A stretch of 34,453 nt of DNA from a virus, in the IMG/VR virus record IMGVR_UViG_3300017991_000049, positions 192,001 through 226,453 of that record; one strand, written 5' to 3'. Each line of letters opens with the position of its first letter. Position 1 is the first letter of the stretch. The position numbers and the translations under genes are program-made. The notes under the pieces are model-generated. The model was not told the DNA's origin, did no database searches, and saw only the letters and a program-made list of their open reading frames with translations. This document shows positions 17,108 through 24,819 of the stretch, one piece after another.

Positions 17108-17122
17108 GTGTGGCTCCTTAGC

Positions 17123-17154
17123 AAAAAACCCCGGGCGCCCGAAGGCGCCCAGGG
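17123..17154 (-). terminator. Rho-independent terminator (minus strand)
   Basis: On the minus strand: CCCUGGGCGCC-UUCG-GGCGCCCGGGG (11-bp stem with one G-U pair and a UUCG tetraloop) followed by UUUUUU. Lies just after the stop of the 17168-17872 gene. Confidence 0.75.
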
Positions 17155-17167
17155 CCCATGAGTTCCG

Positions 17168-17872
17168 CTACGCCTCGATCAGCGCGGCCGTACGTCTCTC
17201 GACGGCTTCGTCGATCATCCGCTTAGCGCTTACCAACGCCGCAGCAGCCTCGATGGGCGCCGTCTGTTGCAACGACGTTGCCGTACCGAGCATGCGCTCG
17301 CCGTGCGCGATGATCTCGCCGGTCGTCAAACCGGACAGGTCGACCACGTTGACATCACTGCTGGGTGCGACGATGCGATCGTCTACCGTCGGCGACGCGC
17401 TCGCGGGAGTCGCTTCGGGCGCGTCGTCGCGGATCGGCTTGATCCGTCGTGGCACGGGCTGGCGGGCGGCCCAGCTCTTGGACCTGTGCGACTCTACCAG
17501 CTCCGGGTCGTGGCCTGCGGCGATGCAGGCGTCCATCGCCTCGGTGTGCGTACCGCGATGCAGATGCTTCAGCCACCACTGGCGCAACCAGCGCGAAGCG
17601 GCCGTCAGGCGCGGGTCGTCGAGACCGTTGGCCTTGCCGTTCTTCTTCGCGTTGCGCGTCTTTGTCAGTTTGCTACGCGCTGCGCGCAGCTTGCCGGCTT
17701 TGTTCAGCAGCCAACGCACAGCGTGTGACCGCTTCAACAGATACTCCTCGTCCTCGTTCTCGAAGCCGTGCTTCTGCAGGTAGGCGACCGCTGTCGGATG
17801 CTCGTCGTCGGGGTGAGCCAACCAGAACTTCTCCAACGCGATCGTCAAAGGCTGCTTTTCCTTACGTGCCAT
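17168..17872 (-). CDS. hypothetical protein
   Basis: ATG at 17872 with a GGAGGTG SD. Basic central region. Last gene of the pilin-like operon before the terminator. The ORF-track start at 17923 is less likely. Confidence 0.5.
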   Translation of the reverse strand: MARKEKQPLTIALEKFWLAHPDDEHPTAVAYLQKHGFENEDEEYLLKRSHAVRWLLNKAGKLRAARSKLTKTRNAKKNGKANGLDDPRLTAASRWLRQWWLKHLHRGTHTEAMDACIAAGHDPELVESHRSKSWAARQPVPRRIKPIRDDAPEATPASASPTVDDRIVAPSSDVNVVDLSGLTTGEIIAHGERMLGTATSLQQTAPIEAAAALVSAKRMIDEAVERRTAALIEA

Positions 17873-17927
17873 GAGACACCTCCATAGGAAAAAGGTTACG
17901 GCGCTGCGCATAGGCAGCACCACGTGT

Positions 17928-18224
17928 TCACCAGTGATACTGGCGAAGGAAATCGCAGATCGGGCCGTCGGCGTCGATCCGCACGAAATCTATCTCGTGG
18001 CTGTGCGCCACAGACAGTATGTGTCCCACCGAGGGACTGAAGCCAAAGTCGTTAAGGGTCTCTAGGATGCCGTCGCCGAAATCGTCCGGTACACCAACCC
18101 AGAAACCCTCAGGGTATTCCTCTACACCTAGATCTGCACACTGGCCTAGCGCATTCGCGTCTTCGGCAGTGATATGACAGGTGTTGATCGTCCAGAGTCG
18201 ACGAATATCTAGCGGTTCGGTCAT
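17928..18224 (-). CDS. hypothetical acidic small protein
   Basis: 98-aa ORF overlapping the pilin-like gene stop (ATGA-type coupling). Confidence 0.45.
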   Translation of the reverse strand: MTEPLDIRRLWTINTCHITAEDANALGQCADLGVEEYPEGFWVGVPDDFGDGILETLNDFGFSPSVGHILSVAHSHEIDFVRIDADGPICDFLRQYHW

Positions 18225-18646
18225 TGCATTAGCTCCCGTACCGCATCTTCGTCGCGCGAATCGACGTCGATCTCAGTCACTGTGCCGTTCGCAATGTCGT
18301 TCGACATCACGGACAAGAGGCGCCCCCTGGGAGCTACATTGCCTTCATACTGTATAATTCCCTGAATTTGCGCTGCCTTGAGGCGTACTTTGCGCACCTG
18401 CGCTACAAGCGAAAGACAATCAGCGTCAGCCGCCTTCACATAGAAATGGTGCCGACTATCGATGACACCTTCCCACTGAGCCTTGGCTGCGACATACTGT
18501 AAGCGCGTTACCGGACCGAACACTTCCTCGGTACGCGTAGTGTGTCCGACAGAGAACTTGCCGATCGCGCCGACGAGCAGCGAAGCCAATATCCCCACGA
18601 TCGCGATGACTACTAGTAGCTCTACAACGGTAAACGCTCGACGCAT
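18221..18646 (-). CDS. type IV pilin / pseudopilin-like protein (prepilin-type N-terminal domain)
   Basis: N-terminus MRRA-FTVVELLVVIAIVGILASLLVG matches the class III signal/N-methylation consensus ([KR]-G-FTLIELLVVIAIIGILAA) including Glu+5, but has Ala instead of Gly at -1. Strong SD AAGGAGG. Confidence 0.6.
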   Translation of the reverse strand: MRRAFTVVELLVVIAIVGILASLLVGAIGKFSVGHTTRTEEVFGPVTRLQYVAAKAQWEGVIDSRHHFYVKAADADCLSLVAQVRKVRLKAAQIQGIIQYEGNVAPRGRLLSVMSNDIANGTVTEIDVDSRDEDAVRELMQ

Positions 18647-18773
18647 TTGGAGCCTCCTTTTTGCTCATGAGATCAAGATTGAAACTACCCAGCCTGCCTA
18701 TCCTCGCTGAAGCCCGTGGAATCTCGAGACAGCGAGGTGTGGTTGAGTGTACTTGTAACCTGTTGTCCGACAA

Positions 18774-18852
18774 GGACTTAGGTCAACACCCCTCGAATGG
18801 CGGTTAGCTCTTAGAAAATGTATATCTAAGTCCTCATTACATTCGGACTTAG
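18774..18852. promoter_or_regulatory. intergenic repeat cluster: GGACTTAG / CTAAGTCC 8-mers including a hairpin-forming inverted pair
   Basis: GGACTTAG at 18774-18781 and 18845-18852. CTAAGTCC at 18826-18833. The latter two form a CTAAGTCC-N11-GGACTTAG inverted repeat. A TTGACC -35-like hexamer sits at 18786-18781 on the minus strand. Confidence 0.4.
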
Positions 18853-18937
18853 AAACCCGCCTCGGCCGGATATTCTATCCGTCCTTCTCCGGGGTGGTAG
18901 TTTTGAAGACTATTTGGGGGTATCGGAGAAATAGGTA

Positions 18938-19474
18938 TCAGTGTCCTGCCTTAGCACTAGCAATTACCAGACAGACAGCTCCAGCTGTCGCCATGATACC
19001 CGTCACCCAAAAGCCCATGCACCAGGCTACCTGGCTGGGGTAAACGACAATGTTTGGCGGTAGCGTGACCTCCACGCCCTCGCTGTCATCGTCCAGGAGC
19101 GTCTCTCGTAGTTTCATCAGTTGGTTGGACACCGTCAAGGGGTCCGCGTCGGTTGGGAACGCGCGCAACTCGTCCAGCGCTGACTTCACATTGTTGTGCC
19201 AGAAGGTCACATCACAATCAGGGGTATACCACAATACGTGTGAGCGCCCTGTCGTGCAGCCGCGCCGGTTCATTCCTTCGAGCGCCGCCGTCAGCTCTGT
19301 CTTGGCCATCTCGATCGAGTTGGCATCCGCGGCGCGCTTCAGTCGCCCGCCAACATCTTGATCGAATCCGATCTCCATGACAAAGCGTGTGACTACCATG
19401 GCTAGCAGTGGTACGCACAGTACGCACCCACCAATGAACCATCCACCAGCTCCGCTACTCCGTCTGTAACTCAT
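18938..19474 (-). CDS. hypothetical membrane protein (N- and C-terminal TM helices)
   Basis: Hydrophobic stretches WFIGGCVLCVPLLAMVV and FWVTGIMATAGAVCLVIA. ATG at 19474. The ORF-track TTG is at 19516. Confidence 0.45.
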   Translation of the reverse strand: MSYRRSSGAGGWFIGGCVLCVPLLAMVVTRFVMEIGFDQDVGGRLKRAADANSIEMAKTELTAALEGMNRRGCTTGRSHVLWYTPDCDVTFWHNNVKSALDELRAFPTDADPLTVSNQLMKLRETLLDDDSEGVEVTLPPNIVVYPSQVAWCMGFWVTGIMATAGAVCLVIASAKAGH

Positions 19475-19853
19475 CGTGTATCCATCCTTCCTGTACGGAC
19501 CAGATGATCCGTTCAATGTTCAAATCGTCGGCCAGCAGGACCGGCGACGGACTGTGTTCTTTGGGACGAAGGCCGCGCGCACGACAACGTGCGATCGCCT
19601 TCGGTTCTAGGTTCTGAAACTTGTATAGGTAGTCCATCGCGTCTGCGTGGTGTCGAAACACGTGCCAGCCGGATAGATACCATGTCTTAGATGTGCCGTC
19701 GCGTACGCGCTTCTTCGCGGCGACCATCCACTTGTTCACAGGCATGACCTTTGAACCGGCCAGGCCATGGAACAACGTCTTGATATTGCCATCGACGATG
19801 TCGACTATCTTGTAGACGACCTCGCCTGGTGCGGCGCTAACCCGATTGGTCAT
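19455..19853 (-). CDS. hypothetical protein
   Basis: 132-aa ORF with ATG start. Overlaps the ndk stop by 17 nt. Confidence 0.45.
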   Translation of the reverse strand: MTNRVSAAPGEVVYKIVDIVDGNIKTLFHGLAGSKVMPVNKWMVAAKKRVRDGTSKTWYLSGWHVFRHHADAMDYLYKFQNLEPKAIARCRARGLRPKEHSPSPVLLADDLNIERIIWSVQEGWIHDELQTE

Positions 19854-20265
19854 AGAACCCGGGGAAGAAGATACGTATCTCGCGCTCCGCCTCTGGCGCG
19901 CTGTCGCTGCCGTGGATGACGTTCCGGCGATAGTTCTCGCCGTAGTCTCCGCGGATGGTGCCGGGTAGCTTCTGCGGCTTGGGCGCTAGCGGCGCACCTA
20001 TCAGCTCGCGCACGACCGCAATGGCATTCTCATGCCGGTGGTCAACGACCATCACCCAGCACAGTCCGCTGACCATGAAGTCGATCAGTCCGTCGATCCA
20101 CGTCTCATGGGCGAACTTCTGGTAGAGATCATTGGCCTGCCGTCGCGTCATGAGGATCAGCTCGCCCTTAATGAAGAAGCAGCCGCGGTCGCGTAGCTTC
20201 GTCATAAGGATCCCGTCGATATTCCTCTCGACCGCGTCCGGCTTGATGATTACGAGGGTTTCCAT
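19837..20265 (-). CDS. ndk: nucleoside diphosphate kinase
   Basis: METLVIIKPDAVERN...GTIRGDYG...NVIHGSDSAPEAEREIRIFF, including the active-site His context NxxHGSD. AGGAGAA SD. Confidence 0.85.
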   Translation of the reverse strand: METLVIIKPDAVERNIDGILMTKLRDRGCFFIKGELILMTRRQANDLYQKFAHETWIDGLIDFMVSGLCWVMVVDHRHENAIAVVRELIGAPLAPKPQKLPGTIRGDYGENYRRNVIHGSDSAPEAEREIRIFFPGFYDQSG

Positions 20266-20295
20266 ATTTTGTTCTCCTGATCAAAATTGGCCGCG

Positions 20296-20544
20296 TCAGC
20301 CTTTACGGGTTCCCGCTGCTCTGCCGCGCCTGATCGGTGATTGTTTCAATCCGATGGTGCGTACGATCGCAGGGCAGAACTCTTCGTCCGCCCCGATCTG
20401 TGCGCGTGGGCGCACACATCGCCGACAAAAGAACGCACCATTGGCGAGCTTGCACGCAGGTGCGCCGCAGTTGCTGCAGACCTTATCGGCAAACGCTTCC
20501 GCAATCAGTTGTTTGGTACTGGCATCCGGTTCCAGTCCTTGCAT
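20296..20544 (-). CDS. small zinc-ribbon protein
   Basis: ATG at 20544 follows AAGGAGA and is just downstream of a terminator-like element. CSNCGAPACK...FCRRC. The longer ORF-track version (to 20718) would run through the structured element. Confidence 0.45.
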   Translation of the reverse strand: MQGLEPDASTKQLIAEAFADKVCSNCGAPACKLANGAFFCRRCVRPRAQIGADEEFCPAIVRTIGLKQSPIRRGRAAGTRKG

Positions 20545-20566
20545 TGTGGCTCTCCTTAGTTGGACG

Positions 20567-20654
20567 AAAAAGCCCCGGGCTGTACTTGTCCAGCTTGAGC
20601 GTAACCGCGACAGTGTTGCCGAGTTCGCTGATTGCTGTCGAAGCAGCCCGGGGC
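20567..20654 (-). terminator. terminator-like structured element: 11-bp GC stem (GCCCCGGGCUG / CAGCCCGGGGC) enclosing a ~60-nt sub-structured loop, followed by U5
   Basis: Minus-strand arms at plus 20644-20654 and 20572-20582. The loop contains a CGACAG/CUGUCG hairpin. UUUUU (plus 20571-20567) follows directly, then the RBS of the next gene. Confidence 0.4.
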
Positions 20655-20764
20655 GTCCGCAGCCAGCATTAACTCCCGTCTCTGCCGGCCTTAGTTTGTA
20701 GGGAAGCGGAGCGTTCATTGCATTTGGTGGGCGTAGCGCCCCGCCTCCCTCAGGAAGTCGTCCG

Positions 20765-21196
20765 TTAGGACGGCTTGGGTTTCTTCTTGGGCAGAGGCGT
20801 TAGCGCCCTGACGAGCGCGGAGCCTTCTGTCCCGTATTCTTCTCGGACGGCCGCCAGCAGCTGCCCGTTAGATTCGACAAGATCCTGACGAAACTTCTCG
20901 ACATCCAGCCCGCGCACGCTGTCGATCCAGTAGTCTTCAAGCTCGCACTTGAATACTTCTCGGAACTTCTTACACTTTTGCATGCGCGCGACGCCGAGCC
21001 TTAGTACCTTTTCCTTTACGCCTGGCAGGAGCTCGGGTCTTCTTGGATCGGCCGGCTGCTTTTTTGGCCTTCCGCGCTTCTTCTTTGTCCCGGGCTCGCA
21101 AGACTTTTGCGTAGTTCGCTTGGCTGTACTCGTCGAACTCCGGGAACTCGTGCGTCGGTTGCCAGTCTTTCTTGTCGTCTGATCGGAGCTTGCCAT
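20765..21196 (-). CDS. basic AT-hook-like protein frame (RGRPKK). Probably the C-terminal portion of a frameshifted larger gene
   Basis: ATG at 21196 with an AAGGA SD. Overlaps the 20970-22049 frame by 227 nt. Its third-position GC exceeds that of the other frame over 20970-21100. Confidence 0.4.
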   Translation of the reverse strand: MASSDQTTRKTGNRRTSSRSSTSTAKRTTQKSCEPGTKKKRGRPKKQPADPRRPELLPGVKEKVLRLGVARMQKCKKFREVFKCELEDYWIDSVRGLDVEKFRQDLVESNGQLLAAVREEYGTEGSALVRALTPLPKKKPKPS

Positions 21197-22049
21197 TTCG
21201 AATCCTTATCTCCGCGTCCATAAAATTACAGAAGCGGGCTTGAGTATCACTGTAGCCTCCACTCTTGTAGAAGGCCTTCCGTGATCGTGCTTCGCGTGCC
21301 TTCCATTTCTGCTTCAGCTCCCGGAACGCCGGGTGCTGCCGGTAGGAATGCTTGCCGAAGACAAACACGAAATACTTGATCGTCTCTAGAAACGTCCAGC
21401 AGACAGAGTACCGCGAGTAGTATCTGTCGTTGGACTCGTAGCTGAGAGATCCTATATACTCCCGCACAAGCTGGCGCATCGCCCACGTGGCGTGGGAGAT
21501 GTCCTGGCACTTGACGGCAGCATTCTTGGCTCGCGTTGCCGCAGCCTTGCGCGCCCGCAAAACACCCTTCGGATTGTAACGAACCTCTTTGATACGCGCA
21601 TGCCAGTTCCCGCCGCGCACCTGGAGCGAGCAGCCCTCTGCGGCCCAGTCGAAGCCGCCTTCGCGCGCCGGATCGTAGTCGAGCTTGCAGCGCACTGCCC
21701 CCAGCTTCTTAGCCAGGGCCAGCACTTCGAGGTTGTCGTCACCATCGTAGAACTGGTCATCCAGCGGCGACACGCGCAGACGCGTTCTTCGCACGTACGA
21801 GCCACGCTCGTACGTTCCCTGCGATTCCCGCACCACACGTGTCAGCCGCGGATCCGACGGCGGATAGCGGACGTCCAGCGCCGCTTGACAGTCCGTCAAC
21901 GTCTCTCCAAAGATGACGTCGTGAATGTCATACTCCAACGCTGTCTCTTCGTCCTTGAATGACCGCCAATAGTCAGGGTTGTCTTTGTCACGGACGATTC
22001 CGACGCATGTCTCGTCTTCGTCGTAATAGCCCATACAGCTAGTTGACAC
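20970..22049 (-). CDS. hypothetical protein with basic C-terminal tail (frame probably ends by frameshift near 21060)
   Basis: 359-aa ORF with GTG start at 22049. Third-position GC drops to ~48% over its last ~45 codons, where the other frame is better. An A6 run sits at 21060-21065. Confidence 0.5.
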   Translation of the reverse strand: MSTSCMGYYDEDETCVGIVRDKDNPDYWRSFKDEETALEYDIHDVIFGETLTDCQAALDVRYPPSDPRLTRVVRESQGTYERGSYVRRTRLRVSPLDDQFYDGDDNLEVLALAKKLGAVRCKLDYDPAREGGFDWAAEGCSLQVRGGNWHARIKEVRYNPKGVLRARKAAATRAKNAAVKCQDISHATWAMRQLVREYIGSLSYESNDRYYSRYSVCWTFLETIKYFVFVFGKHSYRQHPAFRELKQKWKAREARSRKAFYKSGGYSDTQARFCNFMDAEIRIRNGKLRSDDKKDWQPTHEFPEFDEYSQANYAKVLRARDKEEARKAKKAAGRSKKTRAPARRKGKGTKARRRAHAKV

Positions 22050-22689
22050 CCAGCAGCTTGATGCCGTCGGCGAGCTGTCCGTCGAGCATCTCGACCAAGG
22101 CCTTGCCGTCGTCGCTGGCCATCAGGCGCTGCTCGGCCACTGCGGCCTTCGCACGGCGCTCCAAGGACGGCAGGTCAGCGAGCTTGCGCCGCTGCTCGAG
22201 CCAGTCCTTCTTGTTGGCCGCTTGCGCCTTCTCTGCCGCCTTGACTTCGGCGAGCGCTGCCTTGACGGCCGCGGACATCCGAATGGTCTGCTTGACCGTC
22301 CAGTTGATGCGCGGCTTCTCGCCGGTGATGCACAGATGGCAGTCCACCTCGCCTTGGCCGCTGCGGGCCTTCTCGCGATGACCGCCGCACTGCGTATCGA
22401 CCTGCAGGCACTTGACCTTGAGCTCTTCCGCAGCGCGCGTGAGCTGCGCAGCCGCCGTCTGGAAGTGCTGGGCCGCGGCTTCGTTCAGCACGCCGTCACG
22501 CGCCAGCACCGTCTCGTTTACCGCGTCGGTAAGCTGTTTGTCGGCCTTCTTGCACCTGTTGATCTCGCCTTTCAGGTGCTCTTCGGCACGGGACATCAGA
22601 ATCGCAGCGACGTCGTCCTTATCCAGGTTGACTGCCACTTGGACTAGCTCTGCGGACACGGGTAGGTTCTCTTTGTTGGCTTCCGCCAT
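22039..22689 (-). CDS. hypothetical coiled-coil protein
   Basis: ATG at 22689 with an AGGAG SD. Ala/Lys/Glu-rich helical protein with a CHLC motif. The ORF-track start is at 22767. Confidence 0.45.
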   Translation of the reverse strand: MAEANKENLPVSAELVQVAVNLDKDDVAAILMSRAEEHLKGEINRCKKADKQLTDAVNETVLARDGVLNEAAAQHFQTAAAQLTRAAEELKVKCLQVDTQCGGHREKARSGQGEVDCHLCITGEKPRINWTVKQTIRMSAAVKAALAEVKAAEKAQAANKKDWLEQRRKLADLPSLERRAKAAVAEQRLMASDDGKALVEMLDGQLADGIKLLGVN

Positions 22690-22693
22690 TATC

Positions 22694-23005
22694 TCAACTC
22701 CTGCGGTGGTTGTCGTAGCGCTTGCGCCAGAATTCCCACCATACCTCAGACTCAGTAACAAAATCATAGGGGTTCATAGCCGCAGCGATGCCGCGCGGCC
22801 CTACAACGATGACCTGATAGCCACCGCTAACCCTGATCGCCCGATCCGACACGACCACGTACTCCGTGGCTGCCGGCGTTGGCGTGAAGCGAAAGTATAC
22901 TACGTCGCCTAGGCGCAGCACATGTCCATCGTGAGTCCTTACATCATCGTTCGGCAGTTTCGTCAGTTCGACGTCCGGACAGTGATTGATCTGGTACTCG
23001 GACAT
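22694..23005 (-). CDS. hypothetical protein
   Basis: 103-aa ORF, ATG at 23005. First gene of a minus-strand unit that diverges from the plus-strand block. Confidence 0.45.
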   Translation of the reverse strand: MSEYQINHCPDVELTKLPNDDVRTHDGHVLRLGDVVYFRFTPTPAATEYVVVSDRAIRVSGGYQVIVVGPRGIAAAMNPYDFVTESEVWWEFWRKRYDNHRRS

Positions 23006-23035
23006 GGGTTCCTCCTAAATTTTAGAAATGCACCT

Positions 23036-23063
23036 TTGCGATCCCACGCAAATATGGTAGACT
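23036..23063 (+). promoter_or_regulatory. sigma70-like promoter TTGCGA-N16-TAGACT for the plus-strand nucleotide-metabolism block
   Basis: Lies in the 115-bp divergent intergenic region. An inverted repeat TTGCG-atccca-CGCAA overlaps the -35. Confidence 0.45.
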
Positions 23064-23120
23064 TTTAATATCGTGCAAGTGTGGCACGACGTCAGTTTCC
23101 AGTTCAGCATAGGAATCGTA

Positions 23121-24257
23121 ATGGCCAAGAAGACTTCTGCTGCGGCCCTGAGAGAGCTCAAGACGCTTGAGCGCTACTCTAAACTCAGTCTGGACGACAA
23201 GATCCGTCAAATCCGTGACGCGGAGACGAAGCTGGATCGCGAGCGCAGTAAGCACCGCGAAACCAAGCGTAAACTCCGGCAGGCGGAGACCGATCTTACC
23301 ATCAACGAAGAGAAGCTCGGTACTGTCCTGTGTATGCAGGACCACCTGGCTGATCGCAAAATCCCCGCCGCGAAGAAGCGCCGCGGGAAAGGCCAAGCCT
23401 CGGCAATCATCTGTTGCAATGATTGGCATGCCGAGCAGCAGGTTGCGCCCTCGCTGGTCAACGGACTCAACGAGTTCACCAAAGCGATTGCCAAGCGGCG
23501 CATCAAGCGCACATGGGAGCAAGCAGTATACTTGATCGAATTCGCTCGAAAGATCAGCAAGATCGACGAGGTCATCCTGTGGGCAGGTGGTGACCTCATG
23601 AACGGCATGATCCACGAGGAATATCAGCAGACCAACTGGGCTGGGCCGACAGACGCGGCCATTTTCGTACAGCAACAGCTGGTCGACGGTATTAAGTACC
23701 TTCTCAAGAACACGAAGTGCAAGAATCTGCGCTTCCTGGCGAACCACGGCAACCACGGCCGTGCCACCGAGAAGAAGCGCATCCACACGCAGTGGTCGCA
23801 CTCGTGGGAGTACCTCATCTACAACAACGTGGCCCAGGCGTTCGTTGGCGACAAGCGAGTCTCGTCGTTTATTGCCGACGGGCCGCTGCTCAACACGGAC
23901 ATCCAAGGGCACCTGTGTCGGTTCTCGCACGGTGACACCTTGAAGTTCCACGGCGGGCAGGCTGGGCTCATGGGGCCTGCCAACAGGGCGTTGCATCAAT
24001 GGAACGCGCATGGCCGCGCGGAATTGACCGTGATCGGCCATTTCCACCAGTTTCTCACAAAGCCCGGCTTCGTTGCCTGCGGTAGCCTGATCGGCTACGA
24101 TCCGTATGCAGCAGCTATCCGAGCGGAGGCCGAAGCGCCTACCCAGACACTGATCGTCATGGACGCCGAGCACGGCAACATCATGACTACCCGGATCTTT
24201 TGTGAGGACAAGCCTAATGCGAATTCGCACTGGAGCACCCCCCAGTTCTGCGGCTAA
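23121..24257 (+). CDS. calcineurin-like metallophosphoesterase with N-terminal coiled-coil
   Basis: Motifs IICCNDWHAE (DxH), GGDLMNG (GDxxN), LANHGNHG (GNHG), GHFHQ. ATG at 23121 follows AGGAA. The ORF-track GTG at 23073 lacks an SD. Confidence 0.7.
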   Translation: MAKKTSAAALRELKTLERYSKLSLDDKIRQIRDAETKLDRERSKHRETKRKLRQAETDLTINEEKLGTVLCMQDHLADRKIPAAKKRRGKGQASAIICCNDWHAEQQVAPSLVNGLNEFTKAIAKRRIKRTWEQAVYLIEFARKISKIDEVILWAGGDLMNGMIHEEYQQTNWAGPTDAAIFVQQQLVDGIKYLLKNTKCKNLRFLANHGNHGRATEKKRIHTQWSHSWEYLIYNNVAQAFVGDKRVSSFIADGPLLNTDIQGHLCRFSHGDTLKFHGGQAGLMGPANRALHQWNAHGRAELTVIGHFHQFLTKPGFVACGSLIGYDPYAAAIRAEAEAPTQTLIVMDAEHGNIMTTRIFCEDKPNANSHWSTPQFCG

Positions 24258-24819
24258 ACACATCTACCTGGACATGGACGGCGTGATGTGCAACGTGCAC
24301 AAAGCGGTGCTGGCCATGCATGGGCGGATGGACCTGCTCGATAGGATCACCAGTCATGACATGGAAGAAGCCATGGGCATGTCCTTCCAGCAGATCTGGG
24401 GTCCTGTCGTTAAGGCAGGCTACGAGTTTTGGTACGACCTCGAGCCGTATCCGTGGACGTTCGAACTGTGGGCGTGGGCCCACGAAGTAGGCAGCGAGAT
24501 CGGCATACTGAGCCGCCCGCTGATGTTCGAGTTCTTGGATGCGCATGAGGTCGGCTACTGCCTCCAAGGCAAAATGGCATGGCTGCGCAAATACTTCGGC
24601 CGTGACTTCTACGACTTCATATTCACGACCGGCAAGGGCGCAGTATCACAGCCCGGCGTCATCCTCGTGGACGACGACGCGCGCTACGAAGACGATTTCA
24701 ACGCCCGCGGCGGGCGCCAGATCGTCTTCCCACAGCCCTACAATCGATTTGCCGCCCAGTGCGTAGACCCTATGGACTGCGTACGGGCGCAATTTCAACG
24801 AATCGAGGACCAAACATGA
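24217..24819 (+). CDS. HAD-superfamily 5'(3')-deoxyribonucleotidase (NT5C-like)
   Basis: HIYLDMDGVMCNV (DxDGV motif I) and VILVDDDARY (motif IV). Stop overlaps the next ATG (ATGA). Confidence 0.65.
   Translation: MRIRTGAPPSSAAKHIYLDMDGVMCNVHKAVLAMHGRMDLLDRITSHDMEEAMGMSFQQIWGPVVKAGYEFWYDLEPYPWTFELWAWAHEVGSEIGILSRPLMFEFLDAHEVGYCLQGKMAWLRKYFGRDFYDFIFTTGKGAVSQPGVILVDDDARYEDDFNARGGRQIVFPQPYNRFAAQCVDPMDCVRAQFQRIEDQT

Noticed and set aside
20296-20718. 140-aa version of the zinc-ribbon ORF given in the ORF track
   Set aside because: The N-terminal 58 codons run through the terminator-like structured element and the U5 tract. The ATG at 20544 has a strong SD, so the short form is preferred.
23073-23120. 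GTG start at 23073 for the metallophosphoesterase
   Set aside because: No SD, and it lies within the predicted promoter and leader. The ATG at 23121 follows AGGAA.
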